Below, in pieces: positions 18,244 through 28,863 of a DNA stretch of 64,000 bases. The translations under genes and the position numbers were made by a program. Each line of letters starts with the position of its first letter. Position 1 is the stretch's first letter. Origin of the DNA: Nitrospinales bacterium (GTDB lineage Bacteria > Nitrospinota > Nitrospinia > Nitrospinales > VA-1); contig OZ253496.1 in the NCBI GenBank assembly GCA_965262115.1, forward strand, positions 2,400,001 to 2,464,000, written 5' to 3'. The notes below the pieces were generated by a model, which ran no database searches, was not told the origin of the DNA, and saw only the letters and a list, made by a program, of their open reading frames with translations.

Positions 18244-20337
18244 TCAGGTTGTAGGAACTGCTTCGCGCAGGGCTTCCTTACGGCTGAGTTTGACCTTGCC
18301 TTGTTGGTCCACATCAATGACCTTGACTCTGATTTCGTCACCTTCCTGAATCTCGTCACTGACATTTTTGATGCGGCGGTCACACACTTGCGAGATATGT
18401 ACCAGGCCATCGGTGCCGGGGAAGATTTCCACGAAGGCTCCGAAGTCGACGATCTTTTTGACCTTGCCGAGATAGATTTTCCCGACCTCGACTTCCTGGA
18501 CCAGGTTTTCCACATACTCGATGGCCTTCCTGGCAGCTGCCTCATCGGCGGAGGCTATTGAAACCACCCCGTCATCGTTGATGTCTATGGTGACACCGGT
18601 TTTATCAATGATATCGCGTATGACTTTGCCGCCCGGTCCAATAACGTCGCGAATTTTATCTTTCGGAACCATAATCTGGACGATTCTCGGAGCGTATTTG
18701 GACAGTTCATCTCTTGGGCTTTGCAGAGCTTTATCCATTTCACCGAGGATATGCATTCTCCCGGTTTTTGCTTGCTCGAGGGCTTTGCCCATGAGCTCAC
18801 GGTCCAGGCCTGCAATTTTGATGTCCATTTGCAGGGCGGTGATGCCGTTGCGGGTTCCCGCCACTTTAAAGTCCATGTCACCGAGATGATCTTCGGAGCC
18901 GAGAATGTCGGAAAGAATCGCCACCCGGTCGCCATCCTTAATCAGTCCCATAGCGATGCCTGCAACAGGAGCTTTGATGGGAACACCTGCATCCATCATT
19001 GAGAGCGAACCGCCGCACACTGAAGCCATGGAGGAGGAACCGTTGGACTCAAGAATTTCGGAAACTATCCGGATGGTGTAAGGGAATTTTTCCCTACTCG
19101 GCAGGATGGGGATGAGAGCTCGTTCGGCGAGCATGCCGTGGCCTATCTCGCGCCGTCCTGGGCCGCCAATAAACTTGACCTCACCGGTACAGAATGCCGG
19201 GAAATTGTAGTGCAGGAGAAAAGACTTGGTGCCCTTAAATTCCAAACTGTCCATCCGTTGTTCATCCACCGAAGTCCCCATGGTGGCGGTGACAAGAGCC
19301 TGGGTTTCGCCACGGGTGAAAACAGCGGAACCGTGCACGCGCGGCAAGTAACCGACCATGATGCTGATAGGGCGGACATCGACCAGGCCTCTACCATCTA
19401 CCCGATACTGTTTGTCGAGAACAAGGTTGCGCACAACGTCTTTTTCCAGGTCATGGAAAATATCTTTAACCTCACCTTTTCTCTCTTCCTGCTCTTCAGG
19501 GCTTAATGCTTCGGTGAGTTCGTCTTTGATTTTCTTGATGGCATCGCTGCGCTCATGTTTTCCAGCGATTTGCATCGCATCATTCAGACTGGACGCAGCC
19601 TGTGTGTGAATTTTGCTTTTCAGTGCTTCATCCACTTTTGGCGCTTCTACCACAAGTTTTTCCTTGCCGAGCAGTTCGCGGAGCTTGATCTGAATTTCGA
19701 TCACTTTTTTAATTCTTTCGTGACCGAACTCAAGAACCGTCATCATATCTTCTTCGCTCACTTCTTTGGCGCCGGCTTCAACCATTACGATTCCGTCGGA
19801 TGTTCCCGCCATTATCAGGTTCAGGTCACTGTTCGCCGTGTCGTCGTAAGTGGGATTGAAAATCAGCTTGCCCTCCACCCGGGAAATGCGAGCCCCGGCA
19901 ACGGGGGTCTCAAACGGAATGTCAGAGATCATCAACGCGGCGGAAGCACCGGTGATGGCATTGACATCCGGGGGATTGACCTGGTCATGCGAGACAACCA
20001 GTCCGACAACCTGAGTTTCGTTTTTGAATGCTTTTGGGAACAACGGCCTGATAGGCCTGTCGATCAACCGGCAGATCAGGGTTTCGATTTCTCCGGGGCG
20101 GGCTTCCCGCTTAAAAAAACTGCCAGGAATTTTTCCGGCAGCATAGGTTTTTTCCCGATAGTCTACAGTCAGGGGAAAGAAATCGATTCCTTCCCGAGGC
20201 TCTTTAGCCATGGTGGCGGTCACCAGCACCATGGTGTCACCTTGCCGGACAACGACTGCGCCACCGGCTTGCCGGGCTAGATCGCCGGCTTCCAATGAAA
20301 TTACTTTTCCATCTATGTCTACTTCAACTTTTTCCAT
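18244..20337 (-). CDS. pnp: Polyribonucleotide nucleotidyltransferase
   Basis: DFFPLTVDYRE, RREIGHG, SNGSSSMASVC, KH and S1 domains. Confidence 0.97.
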   Translation of the reverse strand: MEKVEVDIDGKVISLEAGDLARQAGGAVVVRQGDTMVLVTATMAKEPREGIDFFPLTVDYREKTYAAGKIPGSFFKREARPGEIETLICRLIDRPIRPLFPKAFKNETQVVGLVVSHDQVNPPDVNAITGASAALMISDIPFETPVAGARISRVEGKLIFNPTYDDTANSDLNLIMAGTSDGIVMVEAGAKEVSEEDMMTVLEFGHERIKKVIEIQIKLRELLGKEKLVVEAPKVDEALKSKIHTQAASSLNDAMQIAGKHERSDAIKKIKDELTEALSPEEQEERKGEVKDIFHDLEKDVVRNLVLDKQYRVDGRGLVDVRPISIMVGYLPRVHGSAVFTRGETQALVTATMGTSVDEQRMDSLEFKGTKSFLLHYNFPAFCTGEVKFIGGPGRREIGHGMLAERALIPILPSREKFPYTIRIVSEILESNGSSSMASVCGGSLSMMDAGVPIKAPVAGIAMGLIKDGDRVAILSDILGSEDHLGDMDFKVAGTRNGITALQMDIKIAGLDRELMGKALEQAKTGRMHILGEMDKALQSPRDELSKYAPRIVQIMVPKDKIRDVIGPGGKVIRDIIDKTGVTIDINDDGVVSIASADEAAARKAIEYVENLVQEVEVGKIYLGKVKKIVDFGAFVEIFPGTDGLVHISQVCDRRIKNVSDEIQEGDEIRVKVIDVDQQGKVKLSRKEALREAVPTT

Positions 20338-20391
20338 TAATATATCTCCAGTATCTTTTTGTCCTGAGAATTCAGGATAGGTTGGGCGCGA

Positions 20392-20661
20392 TTATCTGCG
20401 TATGCCGAGCTTTGAAATGATGCTCTGGTAACGACCAATATCTTCTTTTTTGAGGTGATCCAATAATTTTCGTCTCTGGCTCACCAGCTTGAGTAATCCG
20501 CGCCGTGAATGGTTGTCTTTGGAATGCGTCTTGAAATGTTCCGTCAAATAGGTAACGCGTTTTGTCAGCAGTGCGATCTGCACTTCTGAAGACCCCGTGT
20601 CTTTTTCATGAAGCTTGTAATCAGTAATAACCGTGGTTTTTTGTTCTGCACTCATTGTCAT
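20392..20661 (-). CDS. rpsO: 30S ribosomal protein S15
   Basis: [25 protein letters not shown]. Confidence 0.97.
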   Translation of the reverse strand: MTMSAEQKTTVITDYKLHEKDTGSSEVQIALLTKRVTYLTEHFKTHSKDNHSRRGLLKLVSQRRKLLDHLKKEDIGRYQSIISKLGIRR

Positions 20662-20792
20662 GATTTTTTCTCCAACTCGTTAAATGCGGGAAACCGATTG
20701 GAAAATGTTTTCGTAGAGACACACCATAATTTTATGCGGTGTCCCTGCGAAAACATTCCAACCTTCCTCCGTCAAATTCCAAATGTTTAGTA

Positions 20793-21734
20793 CTAAATTA
20801 AAACACGTTTTAATTTAAACGCGATATCTTCTGGTGCCAGCCGACTAAACCGGTCCTGATCGACAAGGGGCTCAACGATGGCGAGTACCTTGTCACTGCC
20901 ATTGCAAACCCGCAACATCATCCCTGGTTTGAATTCCCCCGGATAAGCTTTCAGGGAAAATTTAGGCAGGGCATTGCCGTTGGAAATAGGCTCTATGAAA
21001 TCGTCATTGACACGGACCTCAGGAAGAAATTCCAAAGCTTTTTCCACAGGAAAAAGCACTCCGGCCAGGGTTCCGTTGTTGTTTGCGGTTTCCAATGCTT
21101 CGGGAGTGATTGAACAGTTCTGGGCAAACACTCCCACCCGTTTCCGAATCAAGCCGGACATATGCGCACCGCAACCCAAACTTTGCCCAATATCATGGCA
21201 CAGGGTGCGGATGTAAGTTCCCGCAGAACAATGCACTTCAAATTCTACCCGATTTCCATCCATATTAACAAAATCAATGGAATAAAAATGGACTGAGACG
21301 GGCTTCCTTTCGATAGTAATACCATTTCTGGCTAATTTGTAAAGAGGAATTCCCTTGCTTTTCTTTGCCGAGTACATGGGAGGTACCTGTTTTTGCTCCC
21401 CTCGAAAGCTCATGAGCAGGTTCCGGACCTGGGCCTCGGTGACCTTGGAGGGGTCTCCCCCAAAAATAGTCTTGCCGGTAGAGTCCTGAGTGTCCGTGGC
21501 CACTCCCAGGGTCATAGTGCATTGATAATGCTTTGATAAAGGGCTCAGAAACTGAATAATCCGGGTCGATTGGTTCAGGCAGATGGGCAAAATACCCTCC
21601 GCCATGGGGTCCAGGGTGCCTATATGTCCCGCTTTTTTGACGTCCAGAATCCTCTTTACTGCATGGACCATGGAAAACGAAGTAGGGCCAGACGGTTTAT
21701 AGAGGTTGACCACCTGATTCAGAGTGCAGTCCAT
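20793..21734 (-). CDS. truB: tRNA pseudouridine(55) synthase
   Basis: KAGHIGTLDPMAEG, QVPPMYSA, CSAGTYIRTL; start position uncertain. Confidence 0.93.
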   Translation of the reverse strand: MDCTLNQVVNLYKPSGPTSFSMVHAVKRILDVKKAGHIGTLDPMAEGILPICLNQSTRIIQFLSPLSKHYQCTMTLGVATDTQDSTGKTIFGGDPSKVTEAQVRNLLMSFRGEQKQVPPMYSAKKSKGIPLYKLARNGITIERKPVSVHFYSIDFVNMDGNRVEFEVHCSAGTYIRTLCHDIGQSLGCGAHMSGLIRKRVGVFAQNCSITPEALETANNNGTLAGVLFPVEKALEFLPEVRVNDDFIEPISNGNALPKFSLKAYPGEFKPGMMLRVCNGSDKVLAIVEPLVDQDRFSRLAPEDIAFKLKRVLI

Positions 21735-22059
21735 TGAGTATCCTTGATATCTTTTCAACATGATCGGCATTGTCATCCCGCCGAAATTCCAGTTCAGGAA
21801 GATACCTTAAATAAAGGTTCTTGCCCAACGCATTACGGATGAAGCCTTTTGCATTTATCAGTCCATCCAGGGCATCCATTTTTTCTTGTTCAGAGCCCAT
21901 CACACTGACAAATATTTTAGCGTGTTTGAGATTGTCAGAAACTTCCACCTTGGTGAGGGTGGTAAAGCCTATCCGAGGATCTTTCAATTCATTCTGGACC
22001 AGCTTTGATATTTCTTCAAGTAGTAGTTCCTGAATTCTCTGAGAACGCTTGAATCGCAT
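21697..22059 (-). CDS. rbfA: Ribosome-binding factor A
   Basis: LKDPRIG, LRYLPELEF; conserved operon position. Confidence 0.92.
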   Translation of the reverse strand: MRFKRSQRIQELLLEEISKLVQNELKDPRIGFTTLTKVEVSDNLKHAKIFVSVMGSEQEKMDALDGLINAKGFIRNALGKNLYLRYLPELEFRRDDNADHVEKISRILNGLHSESGGQPL

Positions 22060-22075
22060 GAAAACACCTGCTGTT

Positions 22076-22381
22076 TTAAAAGTTTCCGGGGCCAAGATGC
22101 ATGGTTTCTGTTTTACAATCGGTGATCTCGGCCAGATTAATTCGGTCTACGGCGTCGACGACCTTGGTCAACAACCACCCATCCATGTATGGGCGGTCAG
22201 ACCCCACAGCGGCGATTCCAATGTGGAGACTTTGCCAATTGTCCTGATCCCCAACTTCCGCGACCGACACATTAAAGTTATTCTTGAGCCGGTCTTTAAT
22301 GGATCTGACGACCTGGCGCTTACCCTTTAAAGATCGGTTTCCGTGCAAATAAAACTTTATGGAGCAACAACCGATAACCAT
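22076..22381 (-). CDS. DUF503 (YlxP) family protein
   Basis: SLKGKRQVVRSIKDRLKNNFNVSVAEV; lies between infB and rbfA. Confidence 0.88.
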   Translation of the reverse strand: MVIGCCSIKFYLHGNRSLKGKRQVVRSIKDRLKNNFNVSVAEVGDQDNWQSLHIGIAAVGSDRPYMDGWLLTKVVDAVDRINLAEITDCKTETMHLGPGNF

Positions 22382-22404
22382 TTTTTTTTGCGGAAAACCG
22401 CATA

Positions 22405-24723
22405 TCAGTTTGTGATCTCTTCCAGCACAAACGGCTCGACCACATCGCCCTGTTTCACATCTTGGAACTTTTCGATAGAAAGACCGCAATCATAACCTGC
22501 GGCGACTTCTTTTACATCGTCCTTAAACCTTCTGATGGATGCGATCTTGCCCTGGTAGATCACCACATTGTCTCGAATCAGGCGGGCTTCCATATTGCGC
22601 TCTACTTTTCCTGACAGCACATGGCATCCGGCAATGGTGCCGACTTTGGGAATGGTGAACACCTCGCGGATTTCGGCCTTGCCGATAATTCGTTCCTTGT
22701 ATTTTGGTGCTAGCATTCCCTCCAAGGCCAGTTTCATATCATTGATGGCATCGTAAATAATGCTGTAGAGGCGAATATCTACCTGATCCCGGGTGGCCAG
22801 TTTCGTGGCCTGGTCTGTGGGACGTACGTTGAATCCGATAATGATAGCGTTGGACGCGCTGGCCAGCAGAACATCCGACTCGGTGATGCCACCGACGGCA
22901 TCATGAATGCATTTGATGCGGACCTCTTTGTCGCCGAGATTGCCGAAGGCCTCCTGGACCGCATGAATCGAGCCCTGGACGTCTGCCTTGATGATCAGAT
23001 TAAGTTCTTTAATCTGGCCTTCAACAATCTGCTGGTGCAGGTCGTCCATGGTGATGCGTGTGGATTTAGCCAGTTGGATTTCCCGCTGTTCCTGTAGTCT
23101 CAGGTTGCTGAGTTGCCGGGCCTTTTTTTCGTCCCGAACCACCATGAAGTGGTCGCCGGGCTGCGGAACATCCGGTAAACCCACGACTTCTACAGGAGTG
23201 GAAGGAATGGCTTTTTTAATTTTTTTACCCTTGTCGTCGATCAGCGCCCGGACCTTGCCGAAATAGCAACCAACGATGAAAGGTTCTCCAACTTTCAAGG
23301 TGCCGCTTTCAACAACCAGGGTGGCGATGGGTCCGCGTCCTTTATCCAGTTTGGACTCGATCACCACACCTCTACCGCGGAGTGTCGGATTGGCTTTCAG
23401 TTCCATGACTTCCGCTTGCAGGAGCAGATTTTCAAGCAGGTGGTCAATTCCAGTTCCGTTTAAGGCCGAGACTTCGACATAGATGGTTTGTCCACCCCAG
23501 TCCTCAGGCAGAAGGCCCAGGTCGGCCAATTGCTTTTTGACCTCTTCGGGTTTAGCGTCCGGTTTGTCAATTTTGTTGATGGCCACAAGAATCGGAACTC
23601 CCGCCGCCTCGGCATGGTGAATCGCTTCTTTGGTTTGCGGTTTGATTCCGTCATCAGCGGCCACAACCAGAACGACAATGTCTGTCACCTGTGCACCCCG
23701 GGCTCTCATGGCTGTGAAGGCTTCGTGTCCCGGTGTGTCGAGGAAAGTGATAGTCGATCCCTTGATGTGGGCCTGATAGGCGCCAATATGCTGGGTGATT
23801 CCACCTGCTTCCAGTTTGGTCACTTCGGTTTTACGGATGGCATCAAGAAGGGAGGTCTTACCGTGATCGACATGTCCCATGATGGTTACAATCGGAGCTC
23901 GGGTGACATGGTCTTTGCTGTTGTCCTCTTCTTCTTCCGAGAAATCCAGCTCAGATTTTTCAATATGGAGCTCAACCTCGAACCCGAGTTTATCGGCCAC
24001 CTTGCTGGCAAGATCAAAGTTCAGAGTCTGGTTGATATTGGCCAGGACTCCGAAAATCATTAATTCCTTGATGATTTCATTCGGGGTGCATTTCATTTTT
24101 TCTGCCAGTTCGCGTACCGGTATGTTCTCGCCAATTTGAACGACCTCGAAACCTTCTTCTGGAACAACAGGTTCTGGAGGGGGTTTGGGAGCAACAGGTG
24201 GTGCGGTCACTTCAGCGGGTTTTTCTTTCGCTGCCGGGGCTGGTTTTTCTTTTGCTACTGGGGCTGGTTTTTTCTCGACGGGTTTTGGTTTGTCTTCTTT
24301 TTTGACAATTTTAAGGCCGAGTTTTTTCCCTACTTTACTTTCCCGTGTTTCCTTGGTTTTTTCCGCAGTTTTAGCCTTTGCTGTGGTTTTGGCCTTGGTT
24401 TTAGCCTTTAGGGTCTTTTCGTCCTTGTTGCCTGATTTCTTCGCGGCCTTTTTTGCGGCGGTAGATTTAGCCTGGGTTTTTGCGGTTGTAACTTTTACCT
24501 TGGAGGGGACCTTAATTTTAATTTTTGCCTTGGCTTTTTTCACCACCTTTTTGGTGGTGGCGGGTTCAGGCGCAAAGAGATCACGGATGTATTGCGTGGC
24601 TTCTTCATCAATGGAACTCATATGATTTTTTACAGCTACGCTATGTTTTTGCAGGGCCTCAATGATCTGATCATTCTGGATATTGAGTTCCAAGGCCAGC
24701 TTGTTGATGCGAATCTTAGCCAA
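22405..24723 (-). CDS. infB: Translation initiation factor IF-2
   Basis: [27 protein letters not shown] start with GGAGG RBS; Lys/Ala/Pro-rich N-terminal linker. Confidence 0.97.
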   Translation of the reverse strand: MAKIRINKLALELNIQNDQIIEALQKHSVAVKNHMSSIDEEATQYIRDLFAPEPATTKKVVKKAKAKIKIKVPSKVKVTTAKTQAKSTAAKKAAKKSGNKDEKTLKAKTKAKTTAKAKTAEKTKETRESKVGKKLGLKIVKKEDKPKPVEKKPAPVAKEKPAPAAKEKPAEVTAPPVAPKPPPEPVVPEEGFEVVQIGENIPVRELAEKMKCTPNEIIKELMIFGVLANINQTLNFDLASKVADKLGFEVELHIEKSELDFSEEEEDNSKDHVTRAPIVTIMGHVDHGKTSLLDAIRKTEVTKLEAGGITQHIGAYQAHIKGSTITFLDTPGHEAFTAMRARGAQVTDIVVLVVAADDGIKPQTKEAIHHAEAAGVPILVAINKIDKPDAKPEEVKKQLADLGLLPEDWGGQTIYVEVSALNGTGIDHLLENLLLQAEVMELKANPTLRGRGVVIESKLDKGRGPIATLVVESGTLKVGEPFIVGCYFGKVRALIDDKGKKIKKAIPSTPVEVVGLPDVPQPGDHFMVVRDEKKARQLSNLRLQEQREIQLAKSTRITMDDLHQQIVEGQIKELNLIIKADVQGSIHAVQEAFGNLGDKEVRIKCIHDAVGGITESDVLLASASNAIIIGFNVRPTDQATKLATRDQVDIRLYSIIYDAINDMKLALEGMLAPKYKERIIGKAEIREVFTIPKVGTIAGCHVLSGKVERNMEARLIRDNVVIYQGKIASIRRFKDDVKEVAAGYDCGLSIEKFQDVKQGDVVEPFVLEEITN

Positions 24724-24834
24724 ATTTCCTCCTGTTAGACAACACTGCAATTTTCTTAAGACCCGGAGTCGACAAACGGTTCACAGGTTTGGGTAAAATT
24801 TTTCCGTCTTGAAAGAATGAGACGGATTTGAGCT

Positions 24835-26432
24835 TTAAACATTTTCAAGATTCTCCAGACGTCGCTTGACCTGTGCCAGAATGGACTTGCCCATCTCCTC
24901 ATCAATACTTTCCATGGCCATTAACTCCTCCAGTGGAGTGATAGAAAGCTCGGCGATTGTTTCAAATCCGTTATTGCCCAGAGTTTGTAGAACCTCAGGA
25001 GTCAGTCCTGTTAATTCCTGTATGATGACTTCTTCCTCCTCCTCCTCTGCTACGGAGATTTCTTCTTCCTGAACTGGTGTCTCAGGTTCGGGATTTTCTG
25101 TAGCTGCTGGTTCTTCAGCCTCAGGGGCTTTCTTTTTGGCTGCTTTCTGCTCCAGTTTTAACTGCTTCATATATTCTTCAGATAACCGGAACAGGGCTTC
25201 GGCTTTCTTGGGGCCAATGCCTGGCAACCGGGTCAAGCCTTTCACTCCCCGCTTCAGCACCTCTTCGTAGGTAACAAGGTCACCATTGAAGAGGATGGTC
25301 ATCACCTTTTCACCCAAACCTTTGGCGTTTTTCACGTCATCGAGAAAGTCCACCGTGGAGATCTTGGAGGGAGCCAAAAATGGGTGCTGCACACCCAGGT
25401 CCATCGCTTCGGAAGGGCCTTTAATATCCACTTTCCAGCGGACCAGTTTGGCGGCCAGCCGCACGTTCTGGCCTTTTTTTCCTATAGCCAGCGACATCTG
25501 GTCTTCGGCTACGATGATCGTCATTTGTTTTTCATCGGGGTTCATGATGATTCTTGAAACCTTGGCCGGACTCAACGCGTTTTTGATATAGGTTTCCGGG
25601 TCTTCAGAGAATTCAACGATATCTATTTTTTCGCCACGCAGTTCCTGCACGATAGATTGAACTCTCATTCCACGCATTCCGACACAAGCGCCCACTGCGT
25701 CGATTTCCCGGTCGTTGGTTCGCACTGAAATTTTGGTGCGACCGTTGGGCTCGCGAACCACTCCCATGATTTCAACCATTCCCTCGCTGATTTCCGGAAC
25801 TTCCATCTCGAACAAACTCTTGATCAATCCAATATGGGTGCGGGAAAGAATGACCAAAGCGTTCTTAGGCGTTTTCCGGACATCCAGGACATATGCTCGT
25901 ATCCGTTCTCCACGATTGAACTTTCACGGAAAACCTGTTCCCGTCTAGGCAGAATGCCTTCGGCTTTTCCCAGATCAACGATAAGGTCGCCATGTTCCAT
26001 TCTTTGAACCATGCCGTTGATCAACTCACCCTTTTTCTCGATGTATTCAGCGTAGATCAGATCAATTTCCGCTTCGCGTACTTTTTGTACGATCACCTGC
26101 TTGGCGAGTTGAGCGGCAATGCGTCCGTAATTTTCCAGAACCTGCTGAACCAGAACCTGTTCGCCGACATGGACATCGTCAGCAAGCGCCGAAGCGTCCT
26201 TCAGGCTGATTTGCTCCTCTGGCAGATCAACTTCTTCAACCACTGTTTTTTCCAGGTAAACTTCGACTTCCCCAGTGGATTCGTTGAATTCAGTCTGCAA
26301 CTCCTTGATCGACGGGTACCTTTTTCGTGCGGCAACTTCGACCGCAGCCTTCAATGCATCAATCAGGATTTCTTTATCGATACCCTTATCGCGACTGAGT
26401 TGCTCCAGAATACTGAGTATTTCCATGCTCAT
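24835..26432 (-). CDS. nusA: Transcription factor NusA, split by a 1-nt frameshift near 25920 (probably a sequencing error)
   Basis: N-part GRIAAQLAKQVIVQKVREAE; C-part FEMEVPEI, GACVGMRG, GKKGQNVRLA. One extra T restores ESFNRGERIRAY. Confidence 0.9.
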
Positions 26433-26441
26433 GTGCTTGAC

Positions 26442-26903
26442 CTAAATTTCAATGACTAAACTTGCTTTGCCAACCTGGCGCAACGGAATTTCAAAAAGCT
26501 TTCCGTCTACTTCCATAAATACGGTTTGATCCTTAAAATCTGAAAGGATGCCGGTAAATTTTCTTCTGTTGTCAATCGGGGAAAGGCTGTGCAGGCGGAT
26601 TTGCCTTCCCTTGAATTTTAAAAAATCTTTTTCCCGTTTCAGAACCCGATCCAGTCCCGGGGATGAGACTTCCAGGCTATAGGGGGTGGTGATGGTTTCC
26701 TCGACTGCAATGAGATCGCCGGTCAGGTGGCTGATTTTCTGGCAGTCCCCAACCGTGATTCCCCCTTCCTTGTCGATAAATATCCTTAGAACCCAGCTCT
26801 TGCCCTCTTTTTTATATTCAACATCTACCAGTTCCAATCCCTCTGTTATAAGGACCGGTTCGATTAAATCCGTAATCGCTTGCGAAACGGGGACTTTTGC
26901 CAT
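26442..26903 (-). CDS. rimP: Ribosome maturation factor RimP
   Basis: LRIFIDKEGGIT..DC, YSLEVSSPGLDR. Confidence 0.95.
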   Translation of the reverse strand: MAKVPVSQAITDLIEPVLITEGLELVDVEYKKEGKSWVLRIFIDKEGGITVGDCQKISHLTGDLIAVEETITTPYSLEVSSPGLDRVLKREKDFLKFKGRQIRLHSLSPIDNRRKFTGILSDFKDQTVFMEVDGKLFEIPLRQVGKASLVIEI

Positions 26904-26993
26904 TTAAACCTCTGCCGCCGAGTGGATCCTGTGACTTTTGCCTTCTATATGAAACAGGTGAACCCAGGCCGCTAAAATGGCCTAAAAAAAAAT

Positions 26994-27017
26994 AAAAAAA
27001 GCGGGCTCAAAGCCCAC
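26994..27017 (-). promoter_or_regulatory. rimP-leader-like hairpin / attenuator
   Basis: Minus strand GTGGGCTTTGAGCCCGC-TTTTTTT about 90 nt upstream of rimP, where such a leader is commonly found. Confidence 0.6.
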
Positions 27018-27108
27018 GATGCAGGACCCTAGATGTCATGGGGATTGTACAAGAACTTAATGTCTGATTTCAAGGGAAAACTGGGGAACTCGGGGGCCGA
27101 CCGGTTTT

Positions 27109-28818
27109 TTATAAGTCTTTTAAAATATTAGGGATATCCTCAATGACTTGGGGGTAGGGGCGAAGATCAGACTCATTGGTTTTGCGGATTTTGATCTCAA
27201 CTTGTCCGGCAGAAAGGTTTTTGGGCCCCACAATGATTTGCAGGGGAATTCCCATCAGGTCAGCATCCTTCAATTTGACCCCCAGCCGATCTGATCGGTC
27301 ATCGAGCAGGGTTTCCAGTCCGGTTTCCTGGAGCCGGTTATAAATAGTATCGCAGGCAGTTTTTAATTCATCATTGGAATAGTTAACCGGGATGATAATG
27401 ACTTGAAAAGGAGCCAGGTTCCGAGGCCAGACAATTCCTCTGTCATCATGATTTTGTTCAATGGCGGCGGCGGCGGTGCGCCCGACTCCGATTCCATAAC
27501 AGCCCATGACCATTGCATTTTCCTTGCCTTGCTGGTCCAGATAAACCGCTTTCATTGCCGAGGAATATTTGGTGCCAAGAATGAAAATATGTCCGACTTC
27601 GATTCCGCGTTTGACCTGGTATTTTCCGTCCTCGCAATGCGGGCAGGGGTCGTTGGCCTTGACGGTTCTGAGATCGCCAAATTGTTCGATTGTCAAGTCC
27701 CGCTTGACTTGAACGCCGGTAAAGTGAGCGGAGGGTTTGTTGGCGCCGGTGACAAAATCATGCAGGGCGGAAATTTCGTAGTCCGCATAAACCGGAAGAT
27801 CGAGTTCCACGGGGCCGACATATCCGCAATGCAGTTCGGGATGTTTGGCGATGGCTTCCTCTCCTGCTGGTTGCAACCATTCGCAACCGATCAGGTTTTT
27901 CATTTTAACGGGACTGATTTCATGGTCACCGCGAACCAGTCCTGCTACCAGTCCGTTCTCATTTTCAAGAAGAATGGTTTTTACGATTTGCCGGGCAGGC
28001 AGGTTGAGAAACGCCGCTACGTCCTCCACTGATTTTTTTCCGGGCGTCTCCACTTCTTTTAGTTCCTGTGGTTCGGCAGGAGGTGTGGAGGGGGAAGGTG
28101 GTTTCGATTTCGCAAGCTCCAGGTTCGAGGCCTGACCGCACGACTCGCAAAAACCTATTTCATCTTCTCCCGAATCGGCGAGCACCGCGAACTCATGCGA
28201 AAAGCTGCCCCCGATGGTTCCTGAGTCGGCCTGAACCTGCTTGAAGTCCAAGCCGCACCTATTGAAAATATTGGTGTAGGCCTGCGCCATCTGGTTGTAA
28301 GTATGCTGGGTGTCCTTTTCGTCAGCGTGAAAACTGTAGGCGTCTTTCATCATGAATTCCCGTCCACGCATGATGCCAAACCGAGGGCGGACTTCGTCGC
28401 GAAACTTGGTCTGAATCTGATACAGCAAAATGGGTAGCTGGCGATAGGACCTGACTTCCTTTCTCACGATATCGGTGATGACCTCCTCATGAGTGGGGCC
28501 GTAGCAGAATTCCCGGTTATGCCGGTCCTTCATCCGCAATAATTCTTTGCCATAAAAATCCCAGCGCTTGCTTTCTGCCCACAATTCGGCAGGTTGAATG
28601 CTTGGAAGAAAAACTTCCTGTCCGTCGATTTTATTCATCTCTTCGCGGATGATTTGTTCCACCTTCCTTAAGACCCGAAGTCCCAATGGCAGGATGGAGT
28701 AAATTCCCGAGGCAAGCTGTCGGATCATCCCTGCGCGTACCATGAGCTTGTGGCTGATGACTTCTGCATCAGCAGGAGATTCTTTTAGTGTTGGAATGAA
28801 AAGCTTTGAAAAATGCAT
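27109..28818 (-). CDS. proS: Proline--tRNA ligase
   Basis: GPTHEE, QTKFRDEVRPRFG, GIEVGHIF.LGTKYS, MGCYGIG. Confidence 0.97.
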   Translation of the reverse strand: MHFSKLFIPTLKESPADAEVISHKLMVRAGMIRQLASGIYSILPLGLRVLRKVEQIIREEMNKIDGQEVFLPSIQPAELWAESKRWDFYGKELLRMKDRHNREFCYGPTHEEVITDIVRKEVRSYRQLPILLYQIQTKFRDEVRPRFGIMRGREFMMKDAYSFHADEKDTQHTYNQMAQAYTNIFNRCGLDFKQVQADSGTIGGSFSHEFAVLADSGEDEIGFCESCGQASNLELAKSKPPSPSTPPAEPQELKEVETPGKKSVEDVAAFLNLPARQIVKTILLENENGLVAGLVRGDHEISPVKMKNLIGCEWLQPAGEEAIAKHPELHCGYVGPVELDLPVYADYEISALHDFVTGANKPSAHFTGVQVKRDLTIEQFGDLRTVKANDPCPHCEDGKYQVKRGIEVGHIFILGTKYSSAMKAVYLDQQGKENAMVMGCYGIGVGRTAAAAIEQNHDDRGIVWPRNLAPFQVIIIPVNYSNDELKTACDTIYNRLQETGLETLLDDRSDRLGVKLKDADLMGIPLQIIVGPKNLSAGQVEIKIRKTNESDLRPYPQVIEDIPNILKDL

Positions 28819-28863
28819 ACGCAGTATCCCGATGGTTAATGCAGATAAAGAGGAAGGATGATT

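Noticed and set aside
24150..24560. Low-complexity Lys/Ala/Pro repeats in infB
   Set aside because: A variable N-terminal linker is normal for IF-2.
25900..25940. nusA split as a programmed frameshift or pseudogene
   Set aside because: One missing T in a short run restores the frame of a normally essential gene; sequencing error is the simplest explanation.
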